NCBI GenBank assembly: GCA_026991575.1
Contig: JALXBF010000058.1
Location: 49,080 to 69,079, forward strand
From: Planctomycetota bacterium
Lineage (GTDB): Bacteria > Planctomycetota > Planctomycetia > JALXBF01
DNA: 20,000 nucleotides
Direction: 5' to 3'
Part shown: positions 7,296 through 15,480 of the stretch, piece by piece
How positions within the stretch are numbered: the stretch's first letter is position 1
Layout of the letters: every line of letters begins with the position of its first letter
Position numbers and translations under genes: made by a program
The notes under the pieces: generated by a model
What the model was told of the DNA's origin: nothing
Databases searched by the model: none
What the model saw: the letters and a program-made list of their open reading frames with translations, nothing else

Positions 7296-8015
7296 TCAGT
7301 GCAAGCGGGCCAGCGGCCCCACGGGAAAGAACGGATAGCCCGGCACGCGACGCTGATACTCACGGTAGCTAGCTCCCAAGTAGTGCGCCAGCCGTTCGTC
7401 CTTCAAATAGCTGCCGATGAAGACATAGATCGTCCAGACGACGTTCAACAGCAGCCGGTCGGCCGTCAGCAGCACGGGTGTCCACAGGATGCACAGGAAG
7501 CTCAGGTAGATTGGGTGTCGCAGACAGCGATACACGACGTGGTCCGGCACGGTGCGTGGCGGGAGTCGCCGGCCGCGAAGCCACGCCCAAAACGGGGTCC
7601 AGCCGGTCTGGTAGCCAGCCCCGGAGATCCAGATGCTGTACAGGAGCGCGGCCCAACTGAACCCATACGGCACGTACGCCCACCACACCGCGTGCACGTC
7701 CCAAAAAACCGGCCCGAACGATCGCCAGTAGAGCAGCGTCACCAGCAGTGAGATGCAGGTTGCGGCGCAGAAGAAGCAGCCATAAAGCGGCCCGGGCACA
7801 TACTGCGTCAGCCGCTGCCGAACCCTGGGCAGTAAAAGCACACTGTGCAAGACGCCGAATTGCACAGCCAGAAGGATGTCCTGCGCACAGGCGCCAGGGC
7901 TGCAGCTGCCGGGCGGGTGCAATAGACCCGACAACCACACAACCAGAGTAGCCGCTGTCACCGCGAAGGCAACCTGGGTAAAGAAGCCAAGAGCCGTCCA
8001 TGCCGCAACGCTCAT
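7296..8015 (-). CDS. Integral-membrane ICMT/nurim/MddA-like (putative methyltransferase) protein
   Basis: Several TM segments; FGVLHS, YRCLRHPIYL (RHPxY motif) and ERL...Y.EY...VP, typical of the ICMT/nurim superfamily; SD GGAG upstream. Confidence 0.7.
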   Translation of the reverse strand: MSVAAWTALGFFTQVAFAVTAATLVVWLSGLLHPPGSCSPGACAQDILLAVQFGVLHSVLLLPRVRQRLTQYVPGPLYGCFFCAATCISLLVTLLYWRSFGPVFWDVHAVWWAYVPYGFSWAALLYSIWISGAGYQTGWTPFWAWLRGRRLPPRTVPDHVVYRCLRHPIYLSFLCILWTPVLLTADRLLLNVVWTIYVFIGSYLKDERLAHYLGASYREYQRRVPGYPFFPVGPLARLH

Positions 8016-8032
8016 CGCCTACCGCTCCTCTC

Positions 8033-8878
8033 CTACGAGCCACTCGCTTCGGCCAGGAACAGGCCATACTCCATCGCACCACGACGGTACGCCTCAAGGA
8101 TGACCGGGAAACCGTCCAGGAAGGCAACGAACTCCTTGCCGGCCAACCGAGCAAGCCAGCGTGCAGGCCAACCGGACGTGCGCTGAAGACACAGCTCCCA
8201 TGTGCGTGCCACCTGGTGCCCCAGCAGCTCAACACGGCGCACCTTCAAGCCTGCCGCGGTCATCCAATCGCGGTACTCCTCTGCCGTCGCAAGCGACGGG
8301 CACAGGAACGCGTCACAGACTCGCTCAACCAGACGCCGCCTTTCCGGATCCCGTTCGGCCGTGGTTGTGGCCAGCCACGCGCAGATGGCCAGATGGCCCC
8401 CGGGGGCTAGCCACCGCGCAACGCGTCGGAAGAACGCCTGTTTGCCAAAGAGGTGCTCGGTGCACTCGATCGACAGGACCAGGTCGAAGCTGGCATCGTC
8501 AAACCAGACCTCCTCCGCATTCTCGGTTCGGAAACGGGCCCTGTGGGACAACCCACGCCAGCGTGCCGCCAGTCCTGCCCAGCTGCATTGCACGGGGCTA
8601 AGCGTGATGCCGGTTACGTGACAGCCGAAGTGCCGGGCCAGATACAGGGCCGTGCCTCCCAGCCCGCAGCCGACGTCCAGCACGCGTGCCTCTGCTCCCA
8701 GCGGCACGCCGCGCAAGAGCCGGGCAATCAACGCCCGCTGTGCGTCATGGGGCAAGCGATCCCGATCCCACACGCCGTGGTGAATGTGCTCCCCCCAGAG
8801 CAACCGATAAAACAACGATCCCAGGTCGTAGTGCCACCGAATCGCCGCACACCGGACCGTAGCCGTGGCAGAAATCAT
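8033..8878 (-). CDS. Class I SAM-dependent methyltransferase, gamma-tocopherol/sterol methyltransferase-like
   Basis: IRWHYD...FY..LWGEHIHHG.W, VLDVGCGLGG, VTGITLSPVQ, FDLVLSIECTEH, LAPGG. SD AAGGAGG precedes ATG 8878 (MISATAT). Confidence 0.85.
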   Translation of the reverse strand: MISATATVRCAAIRWHYDLGSLFYRLLWGEHIHHGVWDRDRLPHDAQRALIARLLRGVPLGAEARVLDVGCGLGGTALYLARHFGCHVTGITLSPVQCSWAGLAARWRGLSHRARFRTENAEEVWFDDASFDLVLSIECTEHLFGKQAFFRRVARWLAPGGHLAICAWLATTTAERDPERRRLVERVCDAFLCPSLATAEEYRDWMTAAGLKVRRVELLGHQVARTWELCLQRTSGWPARWLARLAGKEFVAFLDGFPVILEAYRRGAMEYGLFLAEASGS

Positions 8879-8912
8879 CGGCGCATTCCTCCTTGCTCTG
8901 CTCCGCCCCCCC

Positions 8913-9617
8913 TCATCGGCCTCGTTCCTTTCGCGCAGCACGCACCGCGGGCTTCCTCAGGACAATCACCCCGTAAATGTCCAGATGATCGGCAACGCCA
9001 ATCGCACCGAACAGCCTCGTATAGGGCCGGATCCCGTAATGGCTCTGCAACAGCCGAAAACCACCACGGAGCACCAGCCGGTCGGGCTGATTCGTGGGAT
9101 ACACCCCGGCTTCGAACGATAGCGGCCGGGTGGTACCGTGCAGCGTAAGCTGGCCGCCGATGCGGTAGACCACGCGGGCATCCCTGAGCCAGCTGGTCCG
9201 CGGCTTGGTCGGCTCCAACGACCGGATCTGGTAGCGGGCGGTCGGGTAATGTGCCACGTCGAGGATGTCTGGACCGAGCATGATCTGGGTCACCTCACGC
9301 TGCTCCGCAACACTGCGGTCCGGCCGTAGCCCGACCGCGCGCCGCGCATCGGGACCGTCCGCATAAAAGCGACGCATGTCAAATACCAGCTCCCCTCCCT
9401 GGACTCCCGGTCCAAATTCGATCTTGCCCTCCTTCAGCACGCCGCGGACCCCGTGCTCATGACCAAGTCCCGTGGCATACACGTGCACGAAAACGCGGCT
9501 GGCGCGCGTGTCCACGTACCATGTGCCCTCCGGCAGCCCAGTGACCTGAGTCGGGGCGGGGACCGCAACCGCAGCCACCACAGTCCAAACGAACAACGTG
9601 CAGCTCAGCGGAAACAT
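8913..9617 (-). CDS. YceI-family lipid/polyisoprenoid-binding protein with N-terminal signal peptide
   Basis: SD GGAGGT before ATG 9617; hydrophobic N-terminus; WYVD...S.V, 'LDVAHYPTARY', 'GQLTLHGTTRP' and 'S.YGI.P' are YceI-like motifs. Confidence 0.8.
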   Translation of the reverse strand: MFPLSCTLFVWTVVAAVAVPAPTQVTGLPEGTWYVDTRASRVFVHVYATGLGHEHGVRGVLKEGKIEFGPGVQGGELVFDMRRFYADGPDARRAVGLRPDRSVAEQREVTQIMLGPDILDVAHYPTARYQIRSLEPTKPRTSWLRDARVVYRIGGQLTLHGTTRPLSFEAGVYPTNQPDRLVLRGGFRLLQSHYGIRPYTRLFGAIGVADHLDIYGVIVLRKPAVRAARKERGR

Positions 9618-9696
9618 CTCGCGCACCTCCTGGTTCAATGACCACTGCGTTGGAGCTCCTGCAACGTGCTCCTCACTGGCACGCGCCAACGACAGG

Positions 9697-9740
9697 CTAA
9701 CATTGCCGGCGGCCCAGGTAAATACTAAAATGTTAGTAAT
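9697..9740. promoter_or_regulatory. Promoter with overlapping palindromic operator in the divergent region of the PKS cluster
   Basis: + strand TTGCCG (9703-9708), 17 nt, TAAAAT (9726-9731). Inverted repeat TACTAA-aatg-TTAGTA (9723-9738) covers the -10. A second inverted pair is CTAACATT (9697-9704) / AATGTTAG (9729-9736). Confidence 0.6.
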
Positions 9741-9914
9741 CCGCCGGTCCCCCCTGGCGTCCGCGGCGGGACTGACGCGAAGCTGAAGCTGTTTGAGGTT
9801 CGGCTGTTGCCCGATGCGGCGCGACCGGGAGCGGTTCAGCACGCGGGGCGCCACGACGAACGGCGTAGAACGGCGCATTGCCCTGGCCGCTGCACCGCAT
9901 GGAGGACGCCTTCG

Positions 9915-10673
9915 ATGGCCTGGCTCACCTGGCAGGATCGGCCTGAGACGCTGACCGAGATCCTCGACGACCCAAACGTTCACGATCAAATCCGTGTTCG
10001 GATTCTCAGTCAATTGCCGCGCGTGAACCGCTGGCTCGGCGGCTGGCGTGCGTTGCGGGCAGAACTGCAGCATGTTCATCAGAAGATCGGCCTTGGACGG
10101 CGTGTGCTCGATGTGGGCTGCGGTGTAGGGGATTTGTGTGAGTCGATGCAGCGCTGGGCTGCGCGGATTGGCAATCCCGTCGAGGTGGTAGGCATCGACT
10201 TGAGCCGCGGCCTCCTGCGCGCCGCATCAGGGCGGTCCGTGCTGGCTGTGCGTGCCGACGGGTTCCGACTACCGTTTCCTGACCGCTGCTTCGATCTGGT
10301 TACCGCCAGCATGTTCCTGCACCACTTCACCGGCAACGACCTGCACCGCCTGTTCGGCGAGCTGTGCCGCGTCGCCGATCGCGCGGTCGTGATCAACGAG
10401 CTGTATCGCAGCCGTGTCGCGTGGCTGGGCTGGCGGCTGTGGAGTCTGTTTTTCACGGACGACGAAATCATCCGGTACGACGGTGCGGTTTCGGTACGCA
10501 AGGGATTTATCGCTAGCGACCTACTAGAACTAGGCCAATCCCAGGAAGGCTTCCACTGGACCGTTCGCAGGCATCCTGGCTTTCGAATCTGCTTGACCGG
10601 CACACGGTCTGATGTGGCCCGGCCGGCGGGCCGTGCTGAGTGCGCCCCTGCCGTAGCGGCGTCGAGCGGATGA
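9915..10673 (+). CDS. SAM-dependent methyltransferase of the type associated with type III PKS genes
   Basis: SD GGAGGA at 9901; E.LDD...L..VNRWLGG, VLDVGCGVGD, GIDLS, FDLVTASMFLHHF, INELYRS, YDGAVSVRKGF. The stop overlaps the next ATG (ATGA). Confidence 0.85.
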   Translation: MAWLTWQDRPETLTEILDDPNVHDQIRVRILSQLPRVNRWLGGWRALRAELQHVHQKIGLGRRVLDVGCGVGDLCESMQRWAARIGNPVEVVGIDLSRGLLRAASGRSVLAVRADGFRLPFPDRCFDLVTASMFLHHFTGNDLHRLFGELCRVADRAVVINELYRSRVAWLGWRLWSLFFTDDEIIRYDGAVSVRKGFIASDLLELGQSQEGFHWTVRRHPGFRICLTGTRSDVARPAGRAECAPAVAASSG

Positions 10674-11851
10674 TGGTTGCGGAGGCGAGCATGGAGGTAA
10701 CCGAGGAGGTATGCTGTGATGTCCTGGTTGTCGGCGCTGGACCGGCCGGTTCGGCGGCAGCCGTGGAACTGGCCCGCGCAGGGTTCGATGTCCGCGTGGT
10801 CGAAGCCAAGCGGTTTCCACGTCCGAAGGTCTGCGGTGAGTTCCTGGCAGCGGGTGCATGGCCGGAGCTTGAGGCGCTCGGCGTAGCGGAAGTGATCCGG
10901 CAGGACGCACAGCCGATCCGCTTTCTGCGGCTCTGGTTTTCCCCGGCGCGCCCGGTGCTCGTGCCATTGGAGAAGCCGAGCGGGACAGGCCCGGTCGGCA
11001 TCACGCGCGACCAGCTGGACCGGCGGCTGGCCCGGGCAGCGCAGGCGTGCGGTGCCACCGTCGACTGGCGAACTCGCGTCGTGCACGTAGAACGATCTGG
11101 TGGGCTGGTTCGCTCGGTCGTCGCATGGCGTGGCGGGCGGTTGATCCGTTATCGACCGCGGTGGTTGGTCGCCGCCGACGGCCGCTACTCCGGTGTGGTC
11201 CGTGCGACCGGGCGGCTGTGCCGGCGACGGCGGCTGGGACGCTGTGCGGTGAAGTTACACGTAGCGGCACCAACCGGTGGCTGGCCGGCCGCCGTGGAAC
11301 TCTACGCGCTCGGTCGTGGTTACTTTGGCACGGCGCCGGTGGGCGCTGGTCTGATTAACCTGTGTGGCCTGTTGCCCACCGAGCTCCTTCGGCGGCACCG
11401 AGGCCGGGTGCTTCGTGCGCTGGCCGAGGCGTTCGGTTCCTGGCCGCGCTTGCAGACTTTGGTGGTTTCTGAGCAGCGTGTGATCGAGTTGTGCACGATG
11501 CCGGAGGTCAGCTTCCAGATGGCTCGCCCCGCGTGCGCGAACGTGCTTTACGTGGGCGATGCACTGGCGACCATGGAGCCGGCCACCGGGCAGGGCATCA
11601 CGGCTGCCATCCGCTCTGGCCGCGAAGCTGCCCGCAGCTTGCGTAGATGGTGGCGGCATCGTCACCGCGTTCAGGCGGGCTATCTGGCAGGCTGGTACGC
11701 CGCATGTAGCGCGAAACGGACCATCAGCGGCCTGTGTGGTGTGGCGTTCGATCACGCCGATGCGGTAAGCGGCTTGCTGCGGCGGACCGCAAGCCTCTTC
11801 GGTACCGCCCCTGCTCTGGTCCGGCAACTGTATCGTTTCGCTCAGCTGTGA
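10670..11851 (+). CDS. NAD(P)/FAD-dependent oxidoreductase (geranylgeranyl reductase/flavin monooxygenase-like)
   Basis: DVLVVGAGPAGS (GxGxxG), PRPKVCGEFL, VAADGRYS, YVGDA...P.TGQGI..A. Start is either ATG 10670 (ATGA coupling) or ATG 10691 (GGAGG upstream). Confidence 0.85.
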   Translation: MMVAEASMEVTEEVCCDVLVVGAGPAGSAAAVELARAGFDVRVVEAKRFPRPKVCGEFLAAGAWPELEALGVAEVIRQDAQPIRFLRLWFSPARPVLVPLEKPSGTGPVGITRDQLDRRLARAAQACGATVDWRTRVVHVERSGGLVRSVVAWRGGRLIRYRPRWLVAADGRYSGVVRATGRLCRRRRLGRCAVKLHVAAPTGGWPAAVELYALGRGYFGTAPVGAGLINLCGLLPTELLRRHRGRVLRALAEAFGSWPRLQTLVVSEQRVIELCTMPEVSFQMARPACANVLYVGDALATMEPATGQGITAAIRSGREAARSLRRWWRHRHRVQAGYLAGWYAACSAKRTISGLCGVAFDHADAVSGLLRRTASLFGTAPALVRQLYRFAQL

Positions 11852-11871
11852 GCGTCAGACAAGGGACAAGC

Positions 11872-12927
11872 ATGGAGCCTGTAAGCATCGTCTCAGTGGG
11901 CACGGCACAGCCGGAACATGCATGGCGTCAGGAGGAGCTGCGTCGGATGTACCACGAAGTGGCCACCGCGGAGCTTCGGCCGGCTGCTGTGCGGCTCATG
12001 GACCGTGTATTCCGCGAGGAAGCGGGGATTGAGCGGCGTGCGCTGGCGTGCGCCGACCCGAGGACACTGCCGCGTGAGTCTCCGGCGGACGCGCAGCGAC
12101 GGTATGAGCAGGCCGCACCCGCGCTGGCAGCCCGTGCCCTGCAGGAGGCTTTAGCCGAAGCCGCCTGGCCTGCCCATCGGGTCGCGGCCCTGATTTGCTG
12201 CACGTGCACCGGCTATCTGTGTCCGGGGATCAGTTCCTATCTCGTCGAACGACTCAGCATGCCCGCGGCGACGCGCTGCTACGATCTGGTCGGCATGGGC
12301 TGTGGTGCATCGCTGCCCGGATTGGATCTGGCCCGGCAACTGGCACCGGAGGTCGCGCCGGCAGGGGTGGCCGTCGTCGCCGTCGAAATCTGCAGCGCCA
12401 CGGCGGTCTTCGGCGAGGAGCCGGACTTGATCGTATCGAATGCTCTGTTCGCCGACGGAGCTGCCGCTGCGCTGGTGTCGGCCGAAGCTCGTGGTCCTGT
12501 GCGGCTGCTGGCATACGCCAGCGAAATCCGGCCCCTGTACCGCGATCGGCTCAGGCTGGTGCACGACGGGACTCGGCTCCGCAACCGGCTGGATCGCTCG
12601 GTGCCCGAGCTTGCCGCTGCGGCAGCCGACGCGGTGGTTGCCCGGCTGCTGGCCGGGGCCGATCGAACCCCGGCGCAGATCGAGCACTGGCTGGTGCATC
12701 CGGGGGGGACGAGAATCTTGGAGGCGGTTCAGGCTACGTTCGGCCTGACGGCTAGCCGTCTTCGCTACTCGTACGACGTGCTCCGCTGGTGCGGCAACAT
12801 GTCATCGCCGACGTCGCTGTTCGTGCTGAAACGTTTCCTGGAGAGTGAGCCGGCGCCGGGCCTGGGTGTGTTGCTCGCGTTCGGAGCGGGATTCAGCTGC
12901 TACGCGAGCTTGTTCCGCGTCCCGTGA
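11872..12927 (+). CDS. Type III polyketide synthase (chalcone synthase-like)
   Basis: Catalytic triad contexts GMGC (Cys), HPGG (His) and GNMSS (Asn); also TCTGY..PG, VEICS, ALFADGAAA, AFGAGF. Confidence 0.93.
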   Translation: MEPVSIVSVGTAQPEHAWRQEELRRMYHEVATAELRPAAVRLMDRVFREEAGIERRALACADPRTLPRESPADAQRRYEQAAPALAARALQEALAEAAWPAHRVAALICCTCTGYLCPGISSYLVERLSMPAATRCYDLVGMGCGASLPGLDLARQLAPEVAPAGVAVVAVEICSATAVFGEEPDLIVSNALFADGAAAALVSAEARGPVRLLAYASEIRPLYRDRLRLVHDGTRLRNRLDRSVPELAAAAADAVVARLLAGADRTPAQIEHWLVHPGGTRILEAVQATFGLTASRLRYSYDVLRWCGNMSSPTSLFVLKRFLESEPAPGLGVLLAFGAGFSCYASLFRVP

Positions 12928-13082
12928 CGGCGCCATGCGTGGCCGGTCGGCGCTGGCATCGGCTTGATGCCGCTGCTCGTGCGCGGCGACGAGCCGGGAT
13001 CGGGTGCCCAGGGACAGTGCCCGGGCACCAGGCGCAGGGCAGGCTCTGAGCAGATCAACGTCGGCCGCCAGCCCGTTGGTGG

Positions 13083-14177
13083 CTAGATGCTCGTTTCTTC
13101 GAACGGCAGCGGGCGGAGCTCCTTCGTGTTCCGCTCGACGGCCAGGACCACGGTACGCTCTTCGAAGCCATCGGAGGAGACGACGCCGACCGGGATGATC
13201 TGCCGCCCTTCGGGCAACGGGAAGCGGATCGTGAAGGTGCCATCGGCGCTGAGATCGACCGGCTCCCCCTGCACCTCAACGCGTGCATCGGGTAGTGTTG
13301 CCCCGCGGACGAGCAGCTCCGCGTCCACGTGCAGCCACAGGGGCATTTCGGACAGGCGCCGGCGTGCTTCGTTCTCGAGGCGGCGTTCGAACTCGGTCCC
13401 CGTCCCCGCCGCCGTGCCGCCGTTGCCAACGCTGTCCGATGCGAAGGGCAGTTGGCCACGCAGGTCGGCGCTGTAGGCTTCCGGGCCGCGTGCTCCGGTA
13501 GCGACGGCCGCCGTCGTGCGCGGCGTGCGCACCGTGTTGGTGCGGAGCAGCAGGACGAAGCGGCCTTCCGGAGTCAGGTAGCCGACGTCCACGCGGTAGA
13601 GTCGGTTCCGCGGGCCGACGTGGAAGAACCAATGGGTCGTGAGGGAATCAATCGGCTCTTCGCGGGCAATCACCTCACGGGTTCCCTGAGCCTCCTCGGC
13701 CGTCAGGTCCACGAGCCGGATGACCGGCTTGGCTCGGTACCACTCGTGGGCCAGTGCCGCACGGGCCCGTTCCACGGCTGCTCGACTCACCCGCCAGCAC
13801 ACTCTCAGCCAGTGCGGGTCCATCAGCTGCAGGATGGCCTCGTCCTCGGCCAGCGGCTCCACTGTCCCCGCGCTGGCCAGGTCGTGCACCATCAAGGGCG
13901 AGATGTCGGGAGTCTGGTCGCTCTTCCGTGTGCGGGCCGTGCCGGACTTGTTGGTCGTCTTCTTTGCCTGCCGTTTGTTGCTGGCTTTGGTCCGTTTGCT
14001 TGAAGCGGCAGTTCCCTTGGCGGCCGTTTGGCGCTTCTTTGCTTTTCGAGACGCCGCTACCAGCGCTGCGACCAGCTGGTCCTTGGTCATACGGCTGTAT
14101 CCGGCGATACGCCGCTTGCGTGCCAACTCGACCAGTTCCGCCTTAGTACGCGTCGCTAAGCTGTCCCTGGTGGGCAT
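13083..14177 (-). CDS. DUF4912-like protein with N-terminal Rho-N-like helix-extension-helix domain and Lys/Arg/Ala-rich linker
   Basis: TKAELVELARKRRIAGYSRMTKDQLVAAL (Rho_N-like); L..DPHWL...W.VS, W......P.R.YRVDVGY....G.F..L.R.N.V.TP (DUF4912-like); C-terminal 'DAELLVRGAT.PDA.V...G..V....DGTF..RF.LPEG.Q'. Confidence 0.75.
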   Translation of the reverse strand: MPTRDSLATRTKAELVELARKRRIAGYSRMTKDQLVAALVAASRKAKKRQTAAKGTAASSKRTKASNKRQAKKTTNKSGTARTRKSDQTPDISPLMVHDLASAGTVEPLAEDEAILQLMDPHWLRVCWRVSRAAVERARAALAHEWYRAKPVIRLVDLTAEEAQGTREVIAREEPIDSLTTHWFFHVGPRNRLYRVDVGYLTPEGRFVLLLRTNTVRTPRTTAAVATGARGPEAYSADLRGQLPFASDSVGNGGTAAGTGTEFERRLENEARRRLSEMPLWLHVDAELLVRGATLPDARVEVQGEPVDLSADGTFTIRFPLPEGRQIIPVGVVSSDGFEERTVVLAVERNTKELRPLPFEETSI

Positions 14178-14398
14178 CGCAGAACTCCAAGCCGTGCTTG
14201 CGCAAAGGCCCCCCTCGCTTGGCGCCGAAAAGGGCCGTAGCCGCGTTGGTCACTGTCGCTCCCCGCCCGGGCACCGCACCGTGCGCGCCGGTTGGTCGCG
14301 GACCTTCCCCTGAGGAGCCTTCCTGAGGAAAGGGAGACTCAGCGGTAGCCCCATGCTGCCGCGCCGCCGCCGCGTCCGTCCGCAGTGGCTTCAGATTA

Positions 14399-14427
14399 AC
14401 GCTACCAGAGGCTCGGCACACCGTCAA
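14399..14427 (-). promoter_or_regulatory. Putative sigma70 promoter of the DUF4912 gene
   Basis: Minus strand TTGACG (14422-14427), 17 nt, TAGCGT (14399-14404), with extended TG. Confidence 0.5.
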
Positions 14428-14783
14428 CAGATTCGGTCCCAGGGCTCGCCTGCTATGCCGACTTGATTCCGCAGATCCACTTAATCTTACGCAGCTTTGC
14501 AAGCTCCGGTCCGATCACCACCTTTGCCAACCGGGCCCCCGCAGCGCGCCCCAGATCTGAAGCGCGCAGATGGCGTTGCTCGGTGCGGCGAACCGTTGCA
14601 TCGGCCATCTAACGGCCGATCCACCGCTCCCTGGCCACGGTGCCGACTTTGGCGACATCTTCGGCACGTGGTTTGCTGTCGCGGCCAGCCCCACGCCACA
14701 AGCAGCGAATGTTGCGACAAAGTGAGGGTAGCCCGGGCGCGGCGCCGAGCGGACCGGTTCGGACCGCCGGCGGCAGCAGCCGG

Positions 14784-14813
14784 TTGACGGCGGCGGCTAC
14801 TGCCGGATATAGT
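14784..14813 (+). promoter_or_regulatory. Putative sigma70 promoter of the atp operon
   Basis: TTGACG (14784-14789), 18 nt, TATAGT (14808-14813), about 40 nt before the first gene. Confidence 0.65.
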
Positions 14814-14854
14814 GCCAGTCCCTCTGATGGCCAGGTATTCTCAGGATCTGCCCC

Positions 14855-15091
14855 GTGGCTGCCCAACCCCGTAAGCCGCCGTTGGTGGTCGGGCTGGAGA
14901 TCGCAAGCTTGGTGACCAGTGCGGCGCTTCAGCTGGCGATTCCGCCGGCGGTCGGCATTTACATCGATCGGCGGTGGGACTGCCACCCGTGGGGGCTGAT
15001 TGTGGGCGTGCTACTTGGCATGGCAGGGTTTGTCAGCAGCCTGCGGCATCTGATGCGCCGCTTGGAGCGGAGCGGGAGGAACCGGTCGTGA
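14855..15091 (+). CDS. AtpZ/AtpI-family (ATPase gene 1) small membrane protein
   Basis: P..VGIYIDRRW...PWGLIVGVLLG...GF pattern; first gene of the atp operon; GTG start. Confidence 0.8.
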   Translation: MAAQPRKPPLVVGLEIASLVTSAALQLAIPPAVGIYIDRRWDCHPWGLIVGVLLGMAGFVSSLRHLMRRLERSGRNRS

Positions 15092-15480
15092 TCCGCTCGC
15101 TGCTGCTGATCGCGTCCGGAGTTCTGCTGGCGCTGCTGGCCACCCTGACCGTGCATTACCTGACCGGTCGCCCTCAGTACTGGCAAGCGGTTGTCCTTGC
15201 GGGTGGTATGATCTTGCTGGCGTTCATCGCCGGCACCCTGCTGGCGTACCCCTGGGTCCGCCGGGACCGGCCCGATACGGCGGCAGCCGTGTTGGTGCCA
15301 TTGGTGTGCCGGATGGCCGTGGCGCTGGCCGGCATGTTGTTGTGTGTGTGGTTCCAGCCGTTATGGCGCAACGAGGTGCTGCTTCTAGCGGCGCTGTACT
15401 ATTTGGTCGCGTTGGCGATTGAGACAGCCCTTAGCTATCGTTTGGCGCTGAAACGAGGTACCGATGGCAGCGGAACATGA
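15088..15480 (+). CDS. ATP synthase protein I-like 4-TM membrane protein
   Basis: GTGA overlap with the previous gene; four hydrophobic segments with a central Arg (LVCRMAV); overlaps the atpB start. Confidence 0.65.
   Translation: MIRSLLLIASGVLLALLATLTVHYLTGRPQYWQAVVLAGGMILLAFIAGTLLAYPWVRRDRPDTAAAVLVPLVCRMAVALAGMLLCVWFQPLWRNEVLLLAALYYLVALAIETALSYRLALKRGTDGSGT

Noticed and set aside
9618..10079. 388-aa extended version of the YceI ORF
   Set aside because: The extension overlaps the divergent promoter and the opposite-strand methyltransferase; a strong SD and signal peptide support ATG 9617.
14300..14410. c-di-AMP (ydaO) riboswitch suggested by GTTAATCTG on the minus strand
   Set aside because: Other conserved aptamer elements are missing, and the match coincides with the predicted -10/TSS.
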